Assembly (NCBI RefSeq): GCF_009914755.1 | Contig: NC_060929.1 | Reading direction: 5' to 3' (one strand) | Source: the human T2T-CHM13v2.0 reference genome, Homo sapiens | Length of the DNA stretch: 64,000 nt | Shown: positions 52,831-64,000 of the stretch, one piece after another | How positions within the stretch are numbered: position 1 is the first letter of the stretch | Layout: every line of letters starts with the position of its first letter | Notes under the pieces: generated by a model | Databases searched by the model: none | The model's input: the letters and a program-made list of their open reading frames with translations, nothing else | Told to the model about the DNA's origin: nothing | Translations under genes and position numbers: made by a program

Positions 52831-52875
<45 letters not shown>

Positions 52876-52886
52876 GAGAGAGAGAG
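52831..52886. repeat. (CA)n followed by (GA)n microsatellite
   Basis: Read directly. Confidence 0.95.
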
Positions 52887-54061
52887 ACGTTTGCCCATGA
52901 GAACATTTCCCTTATTATATTTATTCTGAACTGCAGTTGCTTCCCTCTTCAACCCAGCCCTTTTCACTTTCACATTCATGAATTCTTTCTTTATATAAGC
53001 TACACTTTGGGGAATAGATTTTTTGCTTTTTGGTGTATTTTACTATTCTCAGGTATTTAAAAGCATTTTTAAGATATCTATGAATTCTCAAAATGCCCAC
53101 ATTTCTGGCACAGTTGAAATAGCGAGACTTGAGTTTAGACACCAGTGGTCTCCTTATTATGAATTACTGTCCTGCTATTTATTAGTCTTTCTCAATAGAT
53201 TGACATAGTTGGCCATTTTTCTCTGTAAACTCTTTCACTCCTACCTGTTCCCACCAACACATGTATAGACATGCATACCCCAGATTGACTCATACTCGTT
53301 TTGGAGATGTTTTGCCATACAAATAAAATGTCTAAGCCCTGTGGCATATGGTTTATAGATCTCACTCAAATATTTTGATTGGCCCTATGCCATAGCTCTA
53401 GCTAGGGGTGCCAAAGTGCTAAATCTATTGGTTGTGTTTCAGTCCTTACCTTATTTGAATTCTTAGTAATATTTGATGTCAATGACCACACCCTCCTTGA
53501 GATACTGTTCTCCATTGGTTTCTATGCTATAACAGCCTCTCTGTTTTCTTTTCCCTTGCCTCTCAGTCGATTTCTTCTCTACTGGTATAGTCTCTACTTG
53601 GCCAGTAAATATCAACATTTTCCAGAGTCTAGGTCCTCTTCTCTTCTAATTCTGCCTACTTTCCAGCTGTTGCCTTCATTCCACATCTTTGGTCAGTAGG
53701 AGCCTCTTCAGGTTGGTCCCTGAATCCTATTAATATGATTCTGGTAGTCTCTGAGAGCTTCCTTGTTGTCTATTTTAAGATACTCTGAGGTTGTCTGTAT
53801 ATTTTCTGCCCTAAATAGGGAATAAGCCATTTCTCCAAAAAGTCTTCATTTCTTTTAGTTGGAAATGGTATTTCAAGATCGTAATTTGGGCCCTAGAGGT
53901 GCTTACTGTGACAGGATTTGTCATTGTTTCCAGGCTTTCCTATTATGTATATATTATATTAACAATAATACTTGTAATTTAAATTCAGAACTATGTGTTT
54001 TTGTTTCATTTCTTGTGTATTACATCTGTGTTTTCCTTCTACATTAAGAATTTTCATTCTG

Positions 54062-54462
<401 letters not shown>

Positions 54463-57451
54463 TCAGTAAATATTAGTGAGAATGCTGATGAACATATAGT
54501 GTGCATAGTGTAATTGATTTGGAAAGTTACAGAACTCTGTATTATTTATTTGTCTGGGTAGCAAACGGTACTGATTAGTTGAAGTGATTTTTTTCTCACT
54601 ATGCCTTTCTCTATACTTGAGGCTGTCAGTGTTTTCCATGAGAAGCCTATTGGGAGTTCCACTCAACAGGCAGATTGGCATCATTAGGCCCAGTGTATTC
54701 ACTGTGAAGAGCTGCCTGGTGGAAGCTTGAGGTAGGCCCTCTACTACTCATTATTTTTACTACTGTAGATCCATGGACACATTAGATCCATTGGGGATGA
54801 GCGATTCTCCTTTTATATATTTACTTCCAGTGAATATGGTACTGATTTTCTGTTTCCTGCTAAAATATACATTTATGGTGAATCCCTTGAAAGCCACTTT
54901 GAGATGATCATAATTCTTATTCAAATAAGAATTGAGGTGTGTTTGTGAGAGAATTGGGATAGAAATGGGGGTTAATGCATTCATTTTGGAATAGCACATG
55001 TAAGTGTTCATCTCTTTGGAGGAAAAGTGAAGCTGAAACAAATTTTCATGGGAATAATGGAAACACTGGAGCTTTTATTTTGGCAAGCCCCTTGAATTTC
55101 CAGCCAAGGAATGATCCCCACTTAGTTATATGTGTAAACTGCTACTTTGTACAAGGAAATCTAAACATTTGCAGGGAGTTAATGGGAAAAAGTAAATAGA
55201 AAGTCTTTTGAACTTTTGTGCAGCAAGTTTTGAGGAAGCTAAACTCATGTCTAACTCTGGAAACTAAGTAGATGGAGAGAAAAATGATAGTGGGGATCAT
55301 ATTATAAATATTTATGATGTAATATAATAGCTGAGAAGGCTGATGTGTGGTATGTGACATGTCAAAGATAATTTGTTTCCACTCTATTTTAAAGAGACAT
55401 CTAACTTAGTATTCCTTTCTATCTCCTTCTATACCTGGTAAGGATTAAATATTAAAAAATGATATGTATTGTAGGAAAAATGGGATTAAGGGAACATAAA
55501 GATCTATTGAAAAGGAAAGATTATAGAAGCTAAATACATACAACTTGTATTATATCAATTTAAGAAAGGATGTGACCTACAAATAATGAAAAGCAGCAAA
55601 AAATAAATATGAAAGCAGGGAAGACTTTTTGGTGATGTAGGGATATATGACTAGAAGGAATAAAAAGAAATCAAGGCATAGAAAATTTGGTTTAAAAGTA
55701 TTTTGATACCAATAATGATAACTTGGAAGAAATGCTTTTATAGTTTTGTGCATGGAAACTGTAAACATGCCCATCATGTACGTATTTGCCAAGAAAATGG
55801 AGGTACCTACTGTTCTGTATGTGAGCTGATCTTCTGCAATGAGTAGTGGGGGTTTGTGAAGGGTCTGATTGGAGAGAATTGAGAAGGCAAACCTTTTTGA
55901 CTTGACAATTTATGGTATCACATTATCTTCTAACTTCAGTAACCTATTTTGGATACCTTGGTCTTTTCCAAATGAATATTCAGTCTTTTATATGTCTCCC
56001 TTTCCCGTTCCTCTTCAAGTGACATCTGGTTGTGTGGGGGAAAGGGCCTTCCTCCATGAACTCTTAGCAGGAGAAATAGTGGCCACATAACCAGTCCACA
56101 TCATCTGGACCTTCCTGGGTCCTTGCTGTGCAGTGGCTGGTCTGTTTTTGGAAATAGTGGCTGCTGAGATAGATTTTAAACTGCAGGCCGTGACCTGCAG
56201 TTTGGGTACCATGCAAGCACTTACGGCTGACATCCCTGGTCCCAGCAGTTTGCCTGCATACTCAGCTTATTTTATCTCACATCCAGCCCTGTTAGCACCT
56301 TCTCTCGTCCCTGGGACATATAGAAACCTGTGGACTCCCTGCAGTCCCTAAAGAGAGCATAGGGAGCCAGAAGGTCTAACTCAGCTCACCCATTGAGCCA
56401 CCTTCTTGTACTTGTGGGTCTGCTGTTTGGCATACAAGGCTGTCCATGGGCATGTAAAGCACTTCCTCAGCCAACACACAGGGAAGCGTGCCACTAACCA
56501 GTCTGTCCCGTGTTTTTTAGAGCTCCCCACATCCAATTGGATGTTTTCATAATGTCATGCTCCTCCCAACAGTGGGAAAGTAAGGGACCTATGCATCTGA
56601 CCTTTTGATCTTGCCTGTGTCTCTCCTCTACTCCTGCAATCACCAGGACCAGATATGGCAGCGTTTCATTTCCTCCTCCAGTTCTACAAGGGCTTCCTGT
56701 GTCATGTCCTTCTTCATCCCAAAGAGCTTTCTCTCTCCGCTTCCATGGTGTTATACTGTCAGAATATCTGCTGGAAATCATGATTTTCTGAGGAGAAGTG
56801 AAAACACATCTAGGCAATATTTAAAACATGTTAACTCTGTTACAAAAATAAAAGTTAGTTGATATAAGTTCTGTTCTAAAAGGTTACGTAAAACCCCTCC
56901 TCATTAAGGCTTTCACCATCCTATCTGCTACTCTTCCTTTTCCTGTCCATTTCTTAATTCACCATCACTCCCTCTCACACATTGAACAACTAAGCACCTA
57001 GGTCACATTTTCTTTCTCCCTCTAGTTGCTGCCATGCCCCTGGCCTCTGGAACCTTCAACTCCCTTGTCCCTGGTGACTTTCACCTAATTACACAATAGC
57101 TACACACCTGATACTATTAACACTGACATCCCAACCTTGGATCACAACCTCTCCTTTCAGCTTTCTGACATGATTACTGTCAAAACAACCTTTCTTCTTC
57201 AGCCTTTGGCTCCTCAATTTTTTTCTTACCTATCAGCTTACCCCTATTCCCTTCCTTTCTCACTCCTCTTAAATTCCATGAACCACACCTTCCATACTCT
57301 ATTGAAAGTATTCCCCAATTCTATTCTTCATGTCACCAGCCTGACAAAACTTCAATTTGGATCAGTCTAGTTCAATATCTTTACCATGTATTTCTGAGTG
57401 CCAGGCACTAGAACCTAGCATGTAGTAATTATCTAATATTTGCCGAATGAG

Positions 57452-57821
57452 TGTATTAGACCATTCTCACACTGCTATAAAGTTATATCCAAGATGGAGT
57501 AATTTATAAAGGAAGGAGGTTTAATTGACTCAGTTTCACATGGCTGGGGAAGCCTCCGGAAACTTACAATCATGGCAGAAGGGGAAACTGGCACCTTCTT
57601 CACAAGGCGGCAGGAAGGGAGAGTGTGAAGGAGGAACTGTCAGACACTCATAAAACCATCAGATCACGTGAGAACTCACTCACTATCACAAGAACAGCAT
57701 GGGGGAAACCACCTCCATGATCCAATCACCTCCTACCAGGTCCCTCCCTTGACACTTGGGGATAATGGGGATTACAATTCGAGATGAGATTTGGGTGGGG
57801 ACACAGAGCCAAACCATATCA
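57452..57821 (-). mobile_element. MaLR solo LTR (THE1D/MSTA-like)
   Basis: TGTATTAG...GGGGACACAGAGCCAAACCATATCA; perfect TSD ATGAG (57447-57451 / 57822-57826). Confidence 0.92.
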
Positions 57822-57894
57822 ATGAGTATGTCAGTGGAACACGTATCTGGTAATATTTAAGATCATAGAATTTGGATAAGCCATTTATGACATT

Positions 57895-58060
57895 TTAAAC
57901 TGTGAGACCTTGGGCATGCTCATGAACTCTCTCTGGGTTCTGGTTTCTTCAACATTAAGATAAAGGATAACAATAGTCTCTACCTTACATAAGAATTCAA
58001 GGGCATGTGAGAGTAAATCACTTGATGGAGGGCTGGAACATGGTGCGCTTCAAGGCATAT
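57895..58060 (+). mobile_element. MIR SINE
   Basis: TGTGAGACCTTGGGCATG...CTCTCTGGGTTCTGGTTTCTTC...GGATAACAATAG. Confidence 0.65.
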
Positions 58061-58720
58061 TAGCTAATGTGTAGTTGCTGAAGCAAAATTGAATGCACAC
58101 CTACATTTTCACCATGATTCTTCTACTATATTGTGTCACTACTCAAAAAAAATAGCTGCAATTGGATTGGCTAGTGGGAGGAGATGGGAGCAAGGAGCTG
58201 GAAGTCAGATGGATGTGAGACTGCAACAAGCATTAGGTGGGAGCATCTCTTAGAAGTTAATAAAATGATCATAGTATTATTACTATGCAAGTAAATTCAT
58301 AGAAAAGTATAGAATTACCAAATATTTGGCAAGACCACATCTTAGATTTTTCATAGGCTTGTACTTCATCTTTGCTTGGTTTTTTACCTTGTCTTAATCA
58401 CCATTCTTCCTGCTCTTGTTTAGTTCCTAAGTTTTCTTTCCAGGACACTGGTCCTCTAAGTGTGCCATAAAAGTTCATATATACTGTGTATTCAAAGCTT
58501 CAGCAAAGGTAGAGAACAAAATGGACACTATTATCCAGATGTCATTGGTGTCTCCCTCCAACACTTTTCTCTCCCGCGATTCTTGAATAGTCTTTTTAAA
58601 TATTCTGAGAAGTATTATCTGAGTATCTCCCAACCCACCAACCCTTAGAGAGCATGGAATATATCTTTTTTCCCTTTGTTACTGGTATGAATCATGGTGT
58701 CTGGCCCACAGACAGCCCTC

Positions 58721-58762
58721 TGTGTGTGTGTGTTTGTGTGTGTGTTTGTGTGTGTGTGTGTG
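58721..58762. repeat. Interrupted (TG)n microsatellite
   Basis: Read directly. Confidence 0.93.
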
Positions 58763-60301
58763 GTTATTGAATAAAATTAAAAGATGAGTAATTTGCCATG
58801 AAGGTCAGAGAGGTGTTATGGAAATTTTTGTTCCAACTTATGATTTCTCGGGTTTAATTCTGCCAAAGAGTTCACTAGCCAAATCTTTCTTTGTGTCTTT
58901 TACAAGTATTTTATGGATGAGTGTTGCTTTCTTTTTTCCATTGTCTCTCTTTACCATCTCTGTTGTGCTACAGAAAGGAGAACCACCATATACATGCCAA
59001 TAATGGTGTTAAGCATTTTAATATATATATAAAGTGCAGATTTCCCAAGGACATTATACTCTTAAGTGGCAGGAACCTAGATTTGAGCCTAGAGCTGAGC
59101 AATATATTTTGGAGCTATAATCTTGAGAAACTACAGCTTACATACATTCACATAAAACTTAAACGGGATTTAACATATTCATATCATGTACTATGGCAGT
59201 GTCTGTGAATTAGAAATTAGGTAATGTTACATATTTGACTTTTTGTAATTAAGATAATTACTTGGAAGCATTGTAAATAAAATTATTCAAGTATTTCAAC
59301 AAAGTTGCAAAATGTCTGAATGCCATTTTAGAGGAACTAAAAAATTCCTCTGAGAATAGACGCTTTGATAGAAAGGAGGGAGCACCAATATTTCTGCAGT
59401 CTTGTACATCACTTCTCTGTATAATCCTTGTCTCTATACAGAGTGTTTATGAACTACTTAGCAATAAGAAAATGAATTTGCTAGGACTATCGATACCCAG
59501 TCGTCAGATTATTTACATTATTTTCCACTCTGATACACTCAGATATAATTTAGGGGACTATGCCTTCAACTTAATTATCAGTATCCCTCTAAAATATTGC
59601 ATTTCCAGGAAGGTACACAAGTGCCATATCTATTTCTGTGCTTCCCTGAGTCAGGAGTTGTTGTAAAGGGATGCCTCACTGATTCACTTTTCTGTAAGTC
59701 TGGAAATTGTTGTCATGTTGGACACATTATTGTGTCAAAAATTATACAACTGTTATCTCTGCACCAATAGTCACTGATGATTTTAGTTATGATTTCTCAT
59801 TAATTACTTTCTATATTTGTTACCATCTCATGCTAATGGCCCAGCCACAAACATTTATGATACAGTATTTATATATTTAGATATAAATGCATAAATTTGC
59901 TATGTATTTTTATATAAATGCATAAATATATATAAGCACATACACACACATTCACAAAGACAGATACAGTTGTCTAGAAAAAGGCAATCTTTTTGGGTAA
60001 TTATACTCATGAACAATTTATATGCAGATTGTAAGATTCCAAAGTGTTCATCTGGAAGAGAGTATAGTAACAATACCCAGTCTTTTATGTATACAAAAGT
60101 TGCTGGATGGTTAAAGATGATCTTTATTTTTTAGTCTAATTTTTAATTTAATAATACATGTATTCATTCTCATAATAAAGAAATTTAAAAGTGTATAGAT
60201 TTACCAAAATTCCTCTTGACTGCTTTTCTCTGTCCCAGAGTTTTTTCCAGAGGAACTAATGTTTCCTCTTTGAAATGTTATCCGTCAGCTTTAAAAAATG
60301 C

Positions 60302-60304
<3 letters not shown>

Positions 60305-60352
<48 letters not shown>

Positions 60353-60428
60353 CATACACACACACACGCTCACACACACATACACACACACATATATACA
60401 CACACATACATATATATGTATACACATA
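60305..60428. repeat. (TA)n/(CA)n compound microsatellite
   Basis: Read directly. Confidence 0.95.
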
Positions 60429-60589
60429 GAACATTTTATGTTTGTCTTGTGTGTGTGTCTTTTTAATATAAAAGGTGTTAACAGCTATGTATTGTTCTGC
60501 AAATTTGTTAGTCTGTGTGTCCTGCAGGCTCTTTATATCAGGGCATATATACTTACATTATTAATTTTAATAGCTATATGTTATCCAGT

Positions 60590-61085
60590 AGACTTAGAAT
60601 AAAATCCCAAATTCTTACTTGATGGCATCTATGGAGTATGGCCACCTCATCTCTCATTGCATCCTCCTCCTTACCCACTCCTTTCTGCTCACACTGGCTG
60701 TGTCTTGATGTTTCTGGAACACGTGGAACACAAACCCACCTGTCTCCTTGACTGAGAAGCTCCAGTCCTCAATATTTTCTTGCCTCATTTCCTTACTTTA
60801 TTCAAGTCTCTACTCAAATACAGCCTCATCAGAAGTTCCTTGATGTTCCTCTCCAATTCCTATATCCTCCCATTCATTCTCCCTCTCTGTTTCCCCTTAA
60901 CTTGTTTTATTTTTCTTTATATTTATCACTACCTGACATGTAATAGATTTATTTCTTCATTGTCTGTCTTCCTCCCCTAGAATGAAAGGTTTATTTTCGG
61001 AATTTGTTTGCTAATACATCCCCAAGGCCTTAGAACAGTGAATGGCACATAATTGGTGTTCAATAAATATTTGTGAATGAGTGAC
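60590..61085 (+). mobile_element. L2 3' part
   Basis: CTTAGAATAAAATCCCAAA...TTCAAGTCTCTACTCAAAT...CTTAGAACAGTGAATGGCACATAATTGGTGTTCAATAAATATTTGTGAATGA. Confidence 0.85.
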
Positions 61086-61619
61086 AAGTATGAAACTTTA
61101 GTTTGTTAAACCATTTTCTTTCTGATGGACATTTGTTTCCAAGTTACACTATGACAATGCCACAGTGAACATCTTCTTATATGTCTACATGCATACATAT
61201 ATATCTCCAGGGTGGATTTGGATAAGAAAAATTTTTGGATCAATGTGTATGCACATTTAAAATTTTAATAGGACAGAAAAAAATAGCCCTTCAAAGAGGT
61301 TATACCAATTTATTCCCTTCAACAGGGGAGTACCCATTTCCTTACATCCTTGCTAACATTACATGTGAAATAACTTTTTTAATGTGAGTCTGTGGGAAAA
61401 TCTGAAGTTTGTTATAAAAGAAAAAGGAGAAAGTACTATTGAGTAGGCAACTATCAGTTTCTTCCTTAAAATGTGTCCATTTCATTTTAAGTGTTATACC
61501 ACTCTTTTTTTTAAAAAAAATTATAAGCCTATGTAATGAAAAAGTCCAGTATATTGTTATATCTAACTAATTTTCCCCAGTAAATATGATGGTTGCTCTT
61601 GACTTTTTTCTTAATGTTA

Positions 61620-61840
61620 TTTTATTTTTATTTGACAAATAATTGTATATATTTGTGAGGCACAATGTAATGTTATGATACATGTATACATTGTAGAATG
61701 ATTAAATCAGACTAACATATCCATCACCTCACATACTTATCAGTTCTTTCTTGTGAGAACATTTAAAATCTACCTTCTTAGCAGTTTTGAAATATACAAT
61801 ACATTACTATTAACTGTGGTCACTATGCTGTGCAGTTCTT
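61620..61840 (-). mobile_element. L1MA-type 3' end
   Basis: TAATTGTATATATTTGTGAGG...TGTGAGAACATTTAAAATCTAC...TTAACTGTGGTCACTATGCTGTGCA. Confidence 0.8.
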
Positions 61841-62264
61841 GCAGCTTCCATTTATTGAGTCAAGAATGTTTCTTACTTTGTATTGTCAGCATGCTATGAG
61901 TTATATTCTCCCGAGAACAAGACCAGAATCTTAGAACACTTTAATTTCTTCTTCTTTTTTTTTGACACTTCTCCTGTTGATAGCACCTGTGATTTAAATT
62001 CTAAATTGTTACTGGAATTTAAAAAATTACAATGCATACTTATTGGTACTTTATCATACATCTTACTGTTTCTTTGCTCACCATTACATCTTTGCTTGGT
62101 CTTCCTCTTGTATTCATTTTTTTATTATACTTTAATACCTCCTGTAGTGATTCTTTCAGATAGTGTCTGACAGTAATAGACTTAGAATCCCACATACTTG
62201 AAAATGTCTTTATTTTGCTTTTAAAATATGAATTATAGCTTGGGAGTAAAGCATTTTCGGTTTT

Positions 62265-62560
62265 GGAGGATGAAAAGAAGTTGGTTAATGGGTACAAAAA
62301 TATGGTTAGATAGAAGGAAAAAGTTTTAATATTCGATAGTGCAGTAGGGAAATTATAGTTAATAGTTTATTGCATATTTCAAAATAACTAGAAGAGAAAA
62401 ACTGTATTTTTTCCAACACATAAAAGATTAATGTTTGATGTGATAGATATCCCAATTACCCTGACTTCATCATTACACATTATATACATGTATAAAAAGA
62501 GTCACATATACCCCCAAAATAGGTACAACTCTGATATATCAATTTTAAAAAAAGAAAAGA
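62265..62560 (+). mobile_element. L1MA-type 3' end
   Basis: GTTGGTTAATGGGTACAAAAATATGGTTAGATAGAAGG...TTTCAAAATAACTAGAAGAG...CCCAATTACCCTGAC, followed by an A-rich tail. Confidence 0.82.
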
Positions 62561-63068
62561 GAATTTTAAGTTCAAAGTGGTATATTTCAGGACCTTAAAT
62601 ATATAGTCCCACCATCTTCTTGTATCAAATATTATTGACAATTCAGTTTAATTCTAATATTAACTGATCTGTGTCTGCTTATTTTCCTCTAAAATCCCTC
62701 ATTCCTTTGATTGTGAGGGCTAATGCTTTTATTTAGGTTTGAGAAATATTCAGTTATAATTTACTGAAGCATTCCCTCCAGTCTGCTGTATCTATTCTCT
62801 GTTTTGTGAACTACTATTATTACTTATGTGTTTAAGGATTTCTACCTATCCTCTAGGTCTGTCTGTTTTTCTTTTAAACTCTCTTTTCTCCCCTTTTTTG
62901 GAGCACACTGGTATTCAACCACCCATAGCCTGTGGGCCACCTCTACTCCTCTAATTGGCAGTGTACCCTACTCCCCCAAAATCTTGCAGCTATCTTGGGG
63001 CTGTTCGCCACTGTTTTTATTTAAAATTGTTTTTAGCCTTTTGGCATTCTGTCATTTAAATAATTTTT

Positions 63069-63192
63069 GCTGGGCATGGTGACATGTGTCTGTAGTCCCA
63101 GCTACTGGGGAGGCTGAGTCCAGCAGGATCATTTGAGCCCAGGAGTTCAAGTTCAGCCTGAGCAACATAACAAGACCCCATCTGTAAAAATA
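63069..63192 (+). mobile_element. Free Alu monomer (FLAM-like)
   Basis: GCTGGGCATGGTG...TGTAGTCCCAGCTACT...TTGAGCCCAGGAGTTCAAG...AGACCCCATCT. Confidence 0.85.
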
Positions 63193-64000
63193 TGTATTTA
63201 TATATTAAGTCAAAATCTAAAAAAGTTTTTTTTATACTTTCTTGTTCACTTAGGTCATGCCTTGTTTTCCACTAGCTTTGTGAATTTCTTTATATTTCAA
63301 ACATGTTTCTGTTGTTTGTATGGGTTTGGGGTGGGATAGGGGTGCTTCTATGAATTCTTACTCTGTCATTTTGATCCCATCTCTTGCTTAAAGAGTTAGA
63401 AAATAGTAAAAATTTATCATAATAATTATTAAACATTAGAGTTGTTAAGACTGAAGAATCCTTACCAAAAATTTTTAAAAATATGATCTTGACCATCTTT
63501 CCATTATCATTTACTATGATCCTTTTTGATCACAAAAGTTTGGCCCCTTTTAACCTTCAAAGGCAATAAGCAATTTGATCTTAAAATTGCTGTTCCTTTG
63601 CCACAGATAGTATCTTGCTAGACTGAAATTAGACGTTTTAAATGAAAATCTCCCCACTTGACTGAATTTCCATTTCTCAGGAGGTGTGTCCACATAGCCC
63701 AAAATGTACTATTGAAAAAGTTATCTTTTACCTAATTTTCATTAAGATGTTAACACATGGATGATAAATTTTGAGAAATTAGATTTTACAGACAGAACGC
63801 ATGAAGCTCCATGAATACTGGAAGTATTTGAATCCTTGAGATGTCAACTGTGGTTTTGGAGGCCACAGGCTTTCAACCACTTACACTGGAGTCTAGTAGG
63901 AGCTGGAATAAGTCTTTGGCTTGATCTTGTAGCAGTTGGCTAAAAAATATCCATTGAATTAAACAGAGGAATGTGGGCATGTTATGTCATAAAGCATTAG

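Noticed and set aside
56178-56203. 10-bp inverted repeat AAACTGCAGG...CCTGCAGTTT
   Set aside because: Too short and isolated to support a structured RNA; plausible by chance in 64 kb.

Overview
This is primate, most likely human, genomic DNA: repeat-rich and AT-rich, with a single CpG island. The island holds the promoter and first coding exon of CAMK4 (+ strand, ATG at 11120, splice donor at 11281). Everything downstream is CAMK4 intron 1; I did not see exon 2 in the window. Most of the remaining sequence is L1, L2, MIR, Alu, MaLR/ERV1 solo LTRs and DNA-transposon fossils. The stand-out is an ~805-bp insertion at 50746-51550 (- strand) that splits an L2 and matches no repeat I recognise. It has a 16-bp target-site duplication, begins GAAAC, ends TTTAAAAAA, and carries a 95-aa ORF overlapping a decayed 198-codon coiled-coil/Pro-rich frame. 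This looks like an L1-retrotransposed full-length mRNA of a non-retroviral RNA virus, best compared with a bornavirus X/P mRNA. That identity rests on architecture, not on a confirmed homology search. Repeat subfamily names come from my recognition of consensus sequences, and boundaries without a target-site duplication (TSD) are approximate.
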